A DNA stretch of 64,000 nucleotides from an uncultured Clostridia bacterium (GTDB lineage: Bacteria > Bacillota > Clostridia > Christensenellales > UBA1242). The translations under genes and the position numbers were made by a program. The stretch covers positions 16,621 through 80,620 of the forward strand of contig CANBAL010000005.1 of the NCBI GenBank assembly GCA_947366545.1, given 5' to 3'. The notes under the pieces were generated by a model. That model saw nothing but the letters and a program-made list of their open reading frames with translations, had not been told where the DNA came from and ran no database searches. Positions 31,137 to 41,173 of the stretch are shown piece by piece (the first letter of the stretch is position 1; every line of letters begins with the position of its first letter).

Positions 31137-31610
31137 ATGCCAAGAAGAAATAGTGCCGTAAAGAAAACTGTTCTTCCAGATCCTATATATAAAAGCACAG
31201 TGGTTACAAAACTTGTAAACCAAGTAATGCAAAGTGGAAAGAAGGGTCTCGCACAAAGAATAGTATATGGGGCATTTGATATCGTAAAAAACAAGACAGG
31301 TCAAGAGCCACTTGAAGTTTTCACTCAAGCGGTTGAAAATGTAAAACCTGTACTTGAAACAAAGTCTAGAAGAGTAGGTGGTGCAACATACCAAGTACCT
31401 ATGGAAATTAGACCTGAAAGACGCCAAACACTCGCAATCCGTTGGATGGTAGCATTTGCTAGGAAGAGAAGCGGTGAAAGAGGAATGGACGCAAAGCTCG
31501 CTGGTGAAATTATTGATGCTTACAATAATACTGGTGCATCAATTAAACGCCGTGATGAAATGCACAGAATGGCTGAAGCGAACAAGGCTTTTGCACACTT
31601 CAAGTGGTAA
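31137..31610 (+). CDS. rpsG: 30S ribosomal protein S7
   Basis: [28 protein letters not shown]. Confidence 0.99.
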   Translation: MPRRNSAVKKTVLPDPIYKSTVVTKLVNQVMQSGKKGLAQRIVYGAFDIVKNKTGQEPLEVFTQAVENVKPVLETKSRRVGGATYQVPMEIRPERRQTLAIRWMVAFARKRSGERGMDAKLAGEIIDAYNNTGASIKRRDEMHRMAEANKAFAHFKW

Positions 31611-31790
31611 GAGCGCGACCTATCGGCTTTACAACCGCGGAATTTACTAACATAAATTCCTATGGTCAGGACGCCGCAGTTCGCACTTCACCGCCAAACG
31701 AAATCGCACTTGCGTTGGCGATTTGCGGTGACTCTCGTGCGAAGATGGGCGTTGGGGCTGATGAGGGATTTTGGCCGAGCCTTGCGAATC
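31611..31790. other. GC-rich nested stem-loop element in the rpsG-fusA spacer
   Basis: Pairings TTCGCAC/GTGCGAA, TCACCGC/GCGGTGA, AAATCGC/GCGATTT, GGAATTTA/TAAATTCC. Confidence 0.6.
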
Positions 31791-31909
31791 ATCTAAAAAA
31801 TTCAAAAATTATCTATTTGTTTAATGTATTTCTAAGCGTGAAAATCAAAAAAACAATGTTAAACCTCATTTAAAAAGGTTATAAATCATATAAAAGGAAA
31901 AATAATTTT

Positions 31910-33982
31910 ATGGAAAACCTAGAAATGACCAGAAATGTTGGTATCATGGCGCACATCGATGCTGGTAAAACAACAACTACTGAGCGTATCTTGTATTACA
32001 CTGGTAAGACACACAAAATAGGTGAGGTACATGATGGTGCAGCAACTATGGACTGGATGGCGCAGGAGCAAGAGCGTGGTATTACAATCACATCTGCTTG
32101 TACCACTTGCTACTGGAAGAACCACAAAATCAATATTATTGATACTCCAGGACACGTTGACTTCACTATTGAGGTTGAGCGTTCCCTTAAGGTGCTTGAT
32201 GGAGCGGTACTTGTTCTTTCTGCCCGTGATAAGGTTCAACCACAAACTGAAACCGTATGGCGTCAAGCAACCAAATACAAGGTGCCAACAATAATATATG
32301 TAAATAAGATGGATAGAGATGCTGCCGATTTCTTCGGATGTGTTGATTCTATCAAAGCAAGATTAAAAACCAATCCGCTTCCAATACAGATGCCAATCGG
32401 TGCTGAGGATAATTTCAGAGGAATTATTGATCTTCTTACCATGAAAGCCGAAATATATAAGGATGATATGGGAAAAGAGATTGAAATCACTGACATTCCA
32501 GCCGAATTCAAGGCAGAGGCAAGCAAACTTCATGATGAAATCATCGAAAAAATCGTAGAAACTGATGATGCACTTCTTGAAAGATATTTTGAGGGTGAAG
32601 AAATCAGCATAGACGAACTTAAAAAAGCAATAAGAAAAGCAACAATTAATAAGACACTTGTTCCAATTCTTTGCGGCTCATCTTATAAAAACAAAGGTGT
32701 TCAAATGCTTTTGGATGCAATGGTAGATTATCTTCCATCTCCACTTGACATTGATCACATCACTGGTGTCAACCCAGATACAGGGGAAGAGGAGTCACGC
32801 GCTCCAAGTGAAACCGCACCATTTGCAGGTCTTGCATTCAAGATTATGACAGATCCATATGTTGGTGGACTTACTTTCTTCCGTGTATATTCAGGAAAAC
32901 TTACAGCAGGCTCATATGTTTACAACTCTAACACTGGGAAACAAGAGCGTGTTGGCCGTCTTATCAGAATGCACTCAAATCAGCGTCAAGAGATCAGCGA
33001 GGTTGGTGCAGGTGATATTGCCGCTATCGTAGGTCTTAAAGATACAATCACAGGACATACACTTTGTGATGAAAAACATCCAATCCAACTGGAAAGTATG
33101 GAATTCCCAGACCCGGTTATCCAACTTGCTATCGAGCCTAAGACAAAAGATATGCAAGAGAAAATGGCTCTTGCCCTTGCAAAACTTATGCGTGAGGACC
33201 CATCCTTCCGCGTACAGACAAGTCAAGAGACAGGTCAAACACTTATTTCAGGTATGGGCGAACTTCACCTTGAAATTATCGTAGATCGTCTTCTTCGTGA
33301 ATTTAAGGTTGAGGCAAACATTGGTGACCCACAGGTATCTTACCGCGAAACTATCAGAAAACCAGTAAGAGCCGAGGGTAAATTCATCCGTCAAAGCGGT
33401 GGTAAAGGTCAGTATGGACACTGCGTAATTGAAATGGAGCCACTTCCAGCAGGCACTGGCTACGAATTTGTAGATAAGACAGTCGGCGGATCTATTCCAA
33501 AAGAATACATCCAACCAGTTAACAATGGTATTCAAGAGGCTGCTCATAACGGCGTGCTTGCAGGTTATGACACTGTTGACTTCCGCGTTACAGTTATTGA
33601 TGGATCTTACCATGAAGTTGACTCTTCCGAAATGGCGTTCAAGATTGCCGGCTCAATGGCATTCCAAGATGGAGCTAAGAAAGCCGATCCAGTTATACTT
33701 GAGCCTATCATGAAGGTGCAGGTTGAGGTGCCAGACGATTATCTTGGTACAGTTATGGGCAACCTTACTTCTCGTAGAGGAATGCTTACTGGTAATGAAA
33801 CAAAACCAGGGGTACAAGTAATCAACGCTGAGGTTCCACTTGCAAATATGTTCGGTTATGCAACCGACCTTCGTTCTCAAACACAAGGAAGGGGAACATT
33901 TACAATGGAATTTGAGAAATATCAAGAAGTTCCACGCTCAATAGCCGAAGATATTATCGGAAAAAGAGCAAAAAAGAATTAA
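31910..33982 (+). CDS. fusA: Elongation factor G
   Basis: [37 protein letters not shown]. Confidence 0.99.
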   Translation: MENLEMTRNVGIMAHIDAGKTTTTERILYYTGKTHKIGEVHDGAATMDWMAQEQERGITITSACTTCYWKNHKINIIDTPGHVDFTIEVERSLKVLDGAVLVLSARDKVQPQTETVWRQATKYKVPTIIYVNKMDRDAADFFGCVDSIKARLKTNPLPIQMPIGAEDNFRGIIDLLTMKAEIYKDDMGKEIEITDIPAEFKAEASKLHDEIIEKIVETDDALLERYFEGEEISIDELKKAIRKATINKTLVPILCGSSYKNKGVQMLLDAMVDYLPSPLDIDHITGVNPDTGEEESRAPSETAPFAGLAFKIMTDPYVGGLTFFRVYSGKLTAGSYVYNSNTGKQERVGRLIRMHSNQRQEISEVGAGDIAAIVGLKDTITGHTLCDEKHPIQLESMEFPDPVIQLAIEPKTKDMQEKMALALAKLMREDPSFRVQTSQETGQTLISGMGELHLEIIVDRLLREFKVEANIGDPQVSYRETIRKPVRAEGKFIRQSGGKGQYGHCVIEMEPLPAGTGYEFVDKTVGGSIPKEYIQPVNNGIQEAAHNGVLAGYDTVDFRVTVIDGSYHEVDSSEMAFKIAGSMAFQDGAKKADPVILEPIMKVQVEVPDDYLGTVMGNLTSRRGMLTGNETKPGVQVINAEVPLANMFGYATDLRSQTQGRGTFTMEFEKYQEVPRSIAEDIIGKRAKKN

Positions 33983-34078
33983 AAATTTTTAAAAACATAT
34001 GAAAAACATTTTGAAAAAAAGTTTTTGTATGCTAAACTTACAAAGTAAAATTAAAAAATAAAAAGGAGATTTATAACA

Positions 34079-35278
34079 ATGGCACAAGCTTATGTTAGAA
34101 ACAAACCACACGTAAACGTTGGTACAATTGGTCACGTAGACCATGGTAAGACCACTTTGACAGCCGCTATCGCTATGTGGAGCGCCCTTAGTGGTAACGC
34201 TGACAAAATGGATTACGCTGATATCGATAAGGCCCCAGAAGAGAAGGCAAGAGGTATCACAATTAACACCGCGCATGTAGAGTATCAAACTGCTGCTCGT
34301 CACTACGCACACGTAGACTGCCCAGGACACGCAGACTATGTTAAGAACATGATTACAGGTGCTGCACAAATGGACGGAGCAATCCTCGTTGTTGCATCTA
34401 CTGATGGTCCTATGCCTCAAACAAGAGAGCACATCCTTCTTGCAAGACAAGTAGGTGTTCCATACATCGTAGTATTCATGAACAAAACTGATCAAGTTGA
34501 CGATCCAGAACTTCTTGAACTTGTTGAAATGGAAATCCGTGACCTTCTTACTGAATATGGATTCCCAGGAGATACAACTCCAATCATCAAAGGTTCTGCT
34601 CTTAAAGCTCTTGAAGCAGCAAAAGCTGGCAAGGCAGATGATCCTGCTTGCAAACCTATTGAGGAACTTCTTAATGCTCTTGATACTTATATTCCTGAGC
34701 CACAAAGAGAGATTGATAAACCTTTCTTAATGCCTGTTGAGGATGTATTCACAATCACTGGTCGTGGTACTGTTGCAACTGGTAGAGTAGAAAGAGGACA
34801 GGTTAAGGTTAACGATGTTGTTGAAATCGTTGGTCTTGGCGCTAAGAAACAAACTGTTGTTACAGGCGTTGAAATGTTCCACAAATCACTTGACGCAGCA
34901 ATCGCAGGTGATAACGCTGGACTTCTTCTCCGTGGTATTCAAAGAAATGAAATCGAAAGAGGTCAAGTTCTTTGCAAACCAGGTTCAATTCACCCACACA
35001 CTAAGTTCGTAGCAGAAGTTTACGTTCTTAAGAAAGAAGAGGGTGGCCGTCACACTCCATTCTTCAATGGATACCGTCCACAATTCTATTTCAGAACTAC
35101 CGATATCACTGGTGTTATCGAACTTGAGAAGGGCGTAGAAATGGTTATGCCTGGCGACCATGTTAATATGACAGTTACACTTATTAACCCAATCGCTATC
35201 GAGCAAGGACTTCGTTTCGCTATCCGTGAAGGTGGCAGAACTGTTGGTTCTGGTGTTGTTTCATCAATCATCGAATAA
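34079..35278 (+). CDS. tuf: Elongation factor Tu
   Basis: [40 protein letters not shown]. Confidence 0.99.
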   Translation: MAQAYVRNKPHVNVGTIGHVDHGKTTLTAAIAMWSALSGNADKMDYADIDKAPEEKARGITINTAHVEYQTAARHYAHVDCPGHADYVKNMITGAAQMDGAILVVASTDGPMPQTREHILLARQVGVPYIVVFMNKTDQVDDPELLELVEMEIRDLLTEYGFPGDTTPIIKGSALKALEAAKAGKADDPACKPIEELLNALDTYIPEPQREIDKPFLMPVEDVFTITGRGTVATGRVERGQVKVNDVVEIVGLGAKKQTVVTGVEMFHKSLDAAIAGDNAGLLLRGIQRNEIERGQVLCKPGSIHPHTKFVAEVYVLKKEEGGRHTPFFNGYRPQFYFRTTDITGVIELEKGVEMVMPGDHVNMTVTLINPIAIEQGLRFAIREGGRTVGSGVVSSIIE

Positions 35279-35296
35279 TTACAAACTGAATAGAAA

Positions 35297-35329
35297 TAAA
35301 AAAGATATGAGTAATCATATCTTTTTTTA
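35297..35329 (+). terminator. Terminator of tuf
   Basis: AAAAAAGATATGA-GTAA-TCATATCTTTTTT. Confidence 0.85.
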
Positions 35330-35333
35330 TTAT

Positions 35334-35494
35334 GTTACTTTTCTATGCTAGAAAAGTAACCAAAAGACTCGAGGGGTTTCGATTCCCCTCGAACTCCCAC
35401 AAACGCTTTTAAGTTGTTTAATAGTATGCACATTGTTATTACGACAAACTTCATTTTGTCATTTCGACCGAAACGCAGTGGAGCGGAGAAATCT
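35334..35494. repeat. Cluster of REP-like palindromic elements
   Basis: GTTACTTTTCTA-TGC-TAGAAAAGTAAC; TCGAGGGG-N8-CCCCTCGA; TGTCATTTCGACCGAA...GGAGAAATCT. Confidence 0.55.
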
Positions 35495-35558
35495 AAAAAA
35501 TCAAAAAAGACATGAAGTTATCATTACTTTTTTGATTTAAAAAAGTCGATGTCAAAGT

Positions 35559-35774
35559 TTAAAAATCAGCCAAACCTATTAAATAATCACTTGATACTTT
35601 TAAAATTTGGCAAATCTTTTTTATTGTTTTTAAATTAGGTTCAATTATTCCAGCCTCCCATTTTGCAATAGTAGGTTGTGAAACACCCAAAAGTTCTGCC
35701 ATTTTGTATTGTGAAATACCAAGGTCAGTTCTCATTTCTTTAATTCGATCAGCAAATGTAATTACTTTTTTCAT
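35559..35774 (-). CDS. XRE-family HTH regulator
   Basis: RIKEMRTDLGISQYKMAELLGVSQPTIAKWEAG, VSSDYLIG. Confidence 0.92.
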   Translation of the reverse strand: MKKVITFADRIKEMRTDLGISQYKMAELLGVSQPTIAKWEAGIIEPNLKTIKKICQILKVSSDYLIGLADF

Positions 35775-35890
35775 ACTTACATAATATTCCTAAATTGCAT
35801 TAAATTTTCATATAATGCAATTGGTGAATCATTTGACAAAAGTTTTTAAATGTGACAAAATGATTCTATATATGAATCATAGGAGGAAAT

Positions 35891-36181
35891 ATGAAACTAA
35901 TAACAAGACAAGAAAATTTTCAAAAATTTATGGAAGTGCATGGAATGGACTTGGCGGAATTCGCCAAGTTTTGTCATATAAGTGAAAGACAAGCTAAAGG
36001 ACTTTTGGAAGGTGAGGCACATATAGGACTTAGGAAGGTGCTTGGTATGTTGGTAGATATGGAAGCGAAACCCCGCGAATTATTTTTAAAATTAGAGTTT
36101 ACCGGCAAATATGAAACTGTATTAAGAAATATTTGTATGAAAGAGCTTTATGGAATTGATTTAACAAAAAGAGACAAGTAA
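35891..36181 (+). CDS. Small Cro/HTH-like protein divergent from the XRE regulator
   Basis: SD AGGAGG; GMDLAEFAKFCHISERQAKGLLEG is HTH-like. Confidence 0.65.
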   Translation: MKLITRQENFQKFMEVHGMDLAEFAKFCHISERQAKGLLEGEAHIGLRKVLGMLVDMEAKPRELFLKLEFTGKYETVLRNICMKELYGIDLTKRDK

Positions 36182-36251
36182 ACTTTCAAAACTGCCTTAG
36201 GCAGTTGCTTTTTTTTAATCTTTATGTTATTCTCTTGTTAAGAGGTGAAAT

Positions 36252-36623
36252 ATGGGATTTATGGGTTATGTGTTCAAAGCGCTTGGCTTTGAAAGTAGCG
36301 AACAAAAAACAAAACCTGATAAAAAGCCTAAAACCAAGGCTACATATAAATTTAAAGACGGCAAAACTACAAACAGGGTAGACCATATTGACGGCATTCC
36401 TGTTTACTATCCCGTTACCTTTTTGCAAGCAAAGGATTATGCACAGTTCTTAAAAGATAAAAAAGCGGTTATAATAAGTATTGAAAGTTGTGATAAGGGC
36501 GAAGAAACAAGAATACTAGACTATTTCCAAGGTGTAACCTATGGCATGAATGCCAAGTTTATAGTGCTTGATGAAGATAGGCTTTACTTGCTGCTTCCAG
36601 AGGGACTTGAAGTTGAAGAATAA
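36252..36623 (+). CDS. sepF: Cell division protein SepF
   Basis: LKDKKAVII, RILDYFQGVTYG, YLLLP. Confidence 0.85.
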   Translation: MGFMGYVFKALGFESSEQKTKPDKKPKTKATYKFKDGKTTNRVDHIDGIPVYYPVTFLQAKDYAQFLKDKKAVIISIESCDKGEETRILDYFQGVTYGMNAKFIVLDEDRLYLLLPEGLEVEE

Positions 36624-37119
36624 AAATAGATGGACACCGCTTATAATTGCCATAGTGCTTTCGCTTGTAGTGTTTGGGGTAGATATAGGCACAAAATATT
36701 ATTTTGACGGCTTTTTGGGGAGTGAGCCTCTTCCTTTCATTCCGGGGTTTATTAGGTTTATTAAAGTGCATAACACGGGTGCGGGTTATGGCATTTTTGA
36801 GGGGAAAACAATATTTCTTATACTTTTAACGGCACTATTAATAGGCATATTTATCACCTGTTATGTTTTAAAGTTTGTTAAAAGTAAGACGCAAATATCA
36901 AAAACGCTGAGTGTAGCGTTTGGTTTTATAGTCGGTGGAAGCCTTGGAAATTTATTTGATAGAATTTTCCTAGGTTATGTTCGTGATTTCATAGACTTTG
37001 ATTTTATGTCTTTCCCAGTCTTTAACCTTGCCGATGTTGCTTTGTGCGTTGGTATAGTTATTCTTATTGTTTATTTTCTATTCATCATGCCTAAAGAAAA
37101 ACCAAAGGAAGAAAAATGA
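36613..37119 (+). CDS. lspA: Lipoprotein signal peptidase (start approximate)
   Basis: HNTGAGYG, GNLFDRI, VRDFIDF, FPVFNLAD. Confidence 0.93.
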   Translation: MKNKNRWTPLIIAIVLSLVVFGVDIGTKYYFDGFLGSEPLPFIPGFIRFIKVHNTGAGYGIFEGKTIFLILLTALLIGIFITCYVLKFVKSKTQISKTLSVAFGFIVGGSLGNLFDRIFLGYVRDFIDFDFMSFPVFNLADVALCVGIVILIVYFLFIMPKEKPKEEK

Positions 37120-38021
37120 GTTCGTTTTATATAAATGAAAGTGAAAAAAACAGCCGTTTAGATATCGTTTTTTTTAATAGATATCCTAATTTTTCACGCG
37201 CTCATATAAAAAACTTGATTGATGATGGTAGCATTCTTCTTGACGGCAAAAAGGTGAAGGCGGGGGAGAAGGTCAAAGCAAATCAAAAGGTGGAATTTGA
37301 AATTAGTGAGGTAAAACCTCTTGACGCCACACCGCAAAATGTTGATTTTGAGATTATCTATGAAGATGAAGATTTGATTGTTGTCAATAAGCCGCAAGGC
37401 CTTGTGGTACACCCTTGCTCTTCCACCCGTGACGGCACTCTTGTAAATGGTTTATTATATAGGATTAAAGACCTAAGTGGAATTAATGGGGTGCTCCGCC
37501 CAGGTATTGTACATAGGCTTGATAAAAATACATCAGGTCTTATGGTGGTGGCAAAGAACGATGCATCGCATATCTCACTTGCAAAGCAAATTAAAGATAA
37601 AACCTGCAAGCGTAAATATCTCGCACTTCTTGACGGCAACTTGAAAAATGACGAGGGGGAGATTGAAACCTATCTTGACCGTAGTAAGTCAGATAGAAAG
37701 AAGATTGCGGTGTCTGAAAAAGGGCGAATTGCAATTACGCAGTATAGGGTGATAAAAAGATTTACGACAGCCTGCCTTGTTGAGTTTTCACTTAAAACGG
37801 GGCGTACCCATCAAATCCGCGTTCATGCCAAGTCGCTTGGTCATCCAGTGGTGGGTGATGATGTGTACGGCAAACCAGTGAAGGGGCTTAACGGGCAGCT
37901 TCTTCATTCCTACTCCTTAGAGTTTACCCACCCACGCACAGAAGAGGTCATGCACTTTGAAATTCCGCTTCCTGATTATTTTGAAAATTATATAAATAAA
38001 TTGCGAGAGCAGAGTAAGTAA
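37116..38021 (+). CDS. RluA/RluD-family pseudouridine synthase with S4 domain
   Basis: RPGIVHRLDKNTSG, LKTGRTHQIRVH; lspA-rluD synteny. Confidence 0.93.
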   Translation: MSSFYINESEKNSRLDIVFFNRYPNFSRAHIKNLIDDGSILLDGKKVKAGEKVKANQKVEFEISEVKPLDATPQNVDFEIIYEDEDLIVVNKPQGLVVHPCSSTRDGTLVNGLLYRIKDLSGINGVLRPGIVHRLDKNTSGLMVVAKNDASHISLAKQIKDKTCKRKYLALLDGNLKNDEGEIETYLDRSKSDRKKIAVSEKGRIAITQYRVIKRFTTACLVEFSLKTGRTHQIRVHAKSLGHPVVGDDVYGKPVKGLNGQLLHSYSLEFTHPRTEEVMHFEIPLPDYFENYINKLREQSK

Positions 38022-38087
38022 TTATTCCGTATCTCGCATTTTTTAGTAAATAATTGACAAACTATTCCCAATGTGGTATATTTAGGC

Positions 38088-39383
38088 ATGGAAAATTATA
38101 TTTCAATTAAGGAAGCGGCGACAACTTGGCAGATATCGGAGCGTAGAGTACGCGCACTATGTATGAACGGGCAAATAGACGGTGCCGTTAAGGTGGGCAA
38201 ATCTTGGTGTGTGCCAAAATCAGCACAAAAACCATCTGATAAAAGGTCGATTAAGGAAGAAAATAAAAGTGTTATAGCGGTAGCGGATGTAAGTAGTGAT
38301 ATCGGAATGAGTATCGCAAATCTTTTGCTAGAAAAGAATTTTAAAGTTATAGGTTTATATTCAAAGCAAGAAAATCCTCCGGCATTGCAAGGTGCTATTT
38401 TAAAGGCGGTAGATTTTGAAAATGAAAAAGATGTGATTTCAGTATGTGGAAGTATTGTCGACACATTGTCTGGACTTGTGATTACAGAATTAGGGAACTG
38501 TGACACCGAAAATTTTGAGTTAGGCTTACAAAAATATTTTTTCATCCCAAATATTTTAATTCGTGAACTTATTGAGAAAATGGACTATTTTGCGAGTGTT
38601 GTTCTGCTTTCTTCGGCTGGGAATAATGCAGCGCAAGTGTTCAAAAGAGAGCTTGTTTCTTCTCTTTCATCCCATTATAGTGAAAGATACGGCATCCGTA
38701 TCAACTGCATTATGACAAATATTCCAAGTTGCCTAAATGATGTACAATACAGAAGACTTGGAATGCTGGAAGAGGTGAGTGAAGATATTTATCTATTTTT
38801 GACGGCACATAAGTTTGCCACAGGTCAAACCTTTGTTGTAGATGGTGGAGCATTAAAGGTGGATGATTTAACAATGACTAAAAGTTTGCCTACCGCACAG
38901 TTTTATAAATATATTGAAAAGTTTTTTACTTCTAAATTTACCAAGAAAATTCGCTCAGTTTCTATGATGATGCCTAATGAATGGAGTGAAGATCGCAACG
39001 AAAAAAGGTTTAGGGAGTATAATATCGAAGCGATGCAAAGGGGAATTGATTTTAAGAGGGTGTTTATTTTTGATATTAACGATCTTCCCGAGTTAAAAAA
39101 AAAGAAACTTCTCCTTGATTACATTCGTAAAACTTTGCCATGGACATATTTTGTAGATATAAATGCACTTGATAATAATCAGAAGATTTTGAATATTATC
39201 AAAAGCGGTTACCTTCTTTTTGATGATGAGATTGCAATAGTCGATAATGAAACAGACAGTGTGGGTAGTGGTTACATTACCTTAGATAAAAATCAAATAG
39301 CAGATTACAAATTTGCAATGGATTATCTTGAGGGTGTTGCTGTTTCAATGAAAGAAATAATAAATAAAAAGCAAGAGGTTTAA
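38088..39383 (+). CDS. Fusion of an excisionase-like HTH, a degenerate SDR (Rossmann) domain and an unknown C-terminal domain
   Basis: YISIKEAATTWQISERRVRALC..G.IDGAVKVG.SW.VP; SDR remnants GIRINCI and ATGQTFVVDGG; start at ATG 38088 just after TTGACA-17-TATATT. Confidence 0.75.
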   Translation: MENYISIKEAATTWQISERRVRALCMNGQIDGAVKVGKSWCVPKSAQKPSDKRSIKEENKSVIAVADVSSDIGMSIANLLLEKNFKVIGLYSKQENPPALQGAILKAVDFENEKDVISVCGSIVDTLSGLVITELGNCDTENFELGLQKYFFIPNILIRELIEKMDYFASVVLLSSAGNNAAQVFKRELVSSLSSHYSERYGIRINCIMTNIPSCLNDVQYRRLGMLEEVSEDIYLFLTAHKFATGQTFVVDGGALKVDDLTMTKSLPTAQFYKYIEKFFTSKFTKKIRSVSMMMPNEWSEDRNEKRFREYNIEAMQRGIDFKRVFIFDINDLPELKKKKLLLDYIRKTLPWTYFVDINALDNNQKILNIIKSGYLLFDDEIAIVDNETDSVGSGYITLDKNQIADYKFAMDYLEGVAVSMKEIINKKQEV

Positions 39384-39397
39384 TCCTCTTGCTTTTT
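39367..39397. terminator. Bidirectional terminator
   Basis: AAAAGCAAGAGG-TTTAAT-CCTCTTGCTTTT. Confidence 0.8.
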
Positions 39398-39920
39398 ACA
39401 TTTCGTCATCCTCTTCAATTTCTTTGCATTCTTCAAATGTTGTCTTTCTTTTTCGTGACATTTTAATATCACGTGCTCCATTTGTGATTAATGATGGGCC
39501 GTCGGGATAAATGGAGATAATTACACAAGGCATAATTGGTATTCCTCCACAAATAACCCCTGCCAATCCTGCACGGTTTTTAATTTCTGCCTCATCAAGT
39601 TTTTCACTTAAAGAAGGATTAGTTGCATAAATTGTGTCTTTAAGCCATTCGTTAGAGTCGAGATATTCCATTTCCTCATTGTATGCTCTCGCTGAAAGTT
39701 CACCACTTTGAAATTGTTTATTAATTATCTCCAATCTTTTGGCTTTTATTTTGAGTGCATCTTGGTACTCGGCAGTTTCTTTAAAGGATACATAAGCTGC
39801 TTGTGTAATGTTCTCTGACATTTTGTAGTTTATGCATCCAGCCACTAAAACAGCGGCAGGCACTGCGGGGATTAAAATACCTGCAACCAATTTTAAAATT
39901 CCACTTGTCATTCTATTCAT
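39396..39920 (-). CDS. Hypothetical membrane protein
   Basis: SD AAGGAGG before ATG 39920; two hydrophobic segments. Confidence 0.7.
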   Translation of the reverse strand: MNRMTSGILKLVAGILIPAVPAAVLVAGCINYKMSENITQAAYVSFKETAEYQDALKIKAKRLEIINKQFQSGELSARAYNEEMEYLDSNEWLKDTIYATNPSLSEKLDEAEIKNRAGLAGVICGGIPIMPCVIISIYPDGPSLITNGARDIKMSRKRKTTFEECKEIEEDDEM

Positions 39921-39930
39921 AATCTCCTCC

Positions 39931-40833
39931 TTATTCACTTTCTTCTTCAAGTTTTGCTTGAAGCACTTGTTCAATTTTTTCTATATATTCTTTGTTTCCA
40001 GTCTTTTTCGCACTTTCCAGCATTTTTGCCACCTCTTTTGCAGATAGATCGGTATAAGCGCATACATAGTACATATATTTCGCACTATTAAGTTGGTCGC
40101 TGTTTCTCATGTAATCTAAAATAATAGTACGCTGATTATCTGTCAAAGCGGGTACTGAGCAGTAAAGTTCATATATGTGCAGAAGATCATCTGTTGCCAT
40201 CATTGCCTCAAAAAGTTCTTGTATTTCCTCTTCACTTTCTGCATCATATTCAGCGGCATTATTTATTTCAAGAGGATTGCCTGATTTTAATGCTGCCTTT
40301 ACTCTTGCGATTCTTGCCTCAAATCCTTCTTTATTTCTTGTGTTTTCTTCTTTACACTCTATATATGAAGTGAAAGCAGGCAACCATTGGTCGTTATATG
40401 CTGTGTTTAGACAAGCCAATTCTTTATTTTCTTCAAAGGCTTTAAGCCATTTGCTTGGTGCGCAAAATACGAAAGAGTTAAAAAGTTTCTTGCCGTTTCT
40501 GCCTTTCACGCATTCCATAAAATAGTATTGAAGTTTAGCCATTTTGTTTTCAATCATAAGATCCTCAAACCTTGTTAAATTAAACTTTTTGTCATGGTCT
40601 GCCATACAAAATGCAAATTCGTAGCAGTGTACAAGGTCGCCAGTGGCAATCATGCCGTCTTCTAGTTTAGGCATCACTTGTGGATGATCTGATTTTGTTA
40701 CAAATTCAGCAAAGTCGCAAATAAAGTATGGGTTGCGTGTTGCAACCACCTCTTTTGTCCTTGCTATAATTAAGTCAATGTTATCGGTACGATTGCATTC
40801 CTCAATTATTTCGATTAATCTTTCTTTTGTCAT
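39931..40833 (-). CDS. Hypothetical alpha-helical repeat protein
   Basis: Promoter TTGACA-17-TATAAT (40884-40856), SD GGGAGG; internal repeats. Confidence 0.75.
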   Translation of the reverse strand: MTKERLIEIIEECNRTDNIDLIIARTKEVVATRNPYFICDFAEFVTKSDHPQVMPKLEDGMIATGDLVHCYEFAFCMADHDKKFNLTRFEDLMIENKMAKLQYYFMECVKGRNGKKLFNSFVFCAPSKWLKAFEENKELACLNTAYNDQWLPAFTSYIECKEENTRNKEGFEARIARVKAALKSGNPLEINNAAEYDAESEEEIQELFEAMMATDDLLHIYELYCSVPALTDNQRTIILDYMRNSDQLNSAKYMYYVCAYTDLSAKEVAKMLESAKKTGNKEYIEKIEQVLQAKLEEESE

Positions 40834-40976
40834 ATTTCCCTCCCTTTATGGCTATATTATACCGCATAAGGAATAATATGTCAATACCTAATTTTAAAAT
40901 TTTTCATATTTTCTCAAAAATATTTTTAAATAGTGCCTTTTGGGGAATAAAAAAGCCATAGCTTGTCACTATGGCT

Positions 40977-41169
40977 ATTTTTCCGAGTGGTGTCTGTCCA
41001 AACATATTATCGCGGAAACAATGGGGTTTCCGCCCCGCTTATGGAAGAGGACTAGGCGGAGAAACCGCGAGGGTAGCGGTTAGCACATTTTTAATGTGCG
41101 TGTCCGCGTAAAAAAATACATTTTATGTTGGAACAACCTAAAATGCATTTTTCCGAGTGGTGTCTGTCC
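40977..41169. repeat. 23-bp direct repeats flanking a structured GC-rich insert
   Basis: ATTTTTCCGAGTGGTGTCTGTCC at 40977-40999 and 41147-41169. Confidence 0.85.
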
Positions 41170-41173
41170 TAAT

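Noticed and set aside
31758-31790. Hammerhead ribozyme (CTGATGAG)
   Set aside because: No stem II followed by GAAA and no matching stems I/III found
31604-31873. 89-aa ORF in the rpsG-fusA spacer
   Set aside because: No SD, overlaps the rpsG stop, and is explained by the GC-rich structured element
33989-34705. 238-aa antisense ORF over tuf (and similar shadow ORFs over fusA, ileS, ligA, portal and ABC genes)
   Set aside because: Antisense shadows of strongly biased coding sequence; no SD or recognisable motifs
35369-35400. tRNA or tRNA-derived att site (GGGGTTTCGATTCCCC resembles a T-arm)
   Set aside because: Loop is 8 nt and there are no D or anticodon arms or acceptor stem; it is a simple palindrome
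40977-41169. CRISPR repeat-spacer unit
   Set aside because: Only two repeats, 147-bp structured interval, no cas genes
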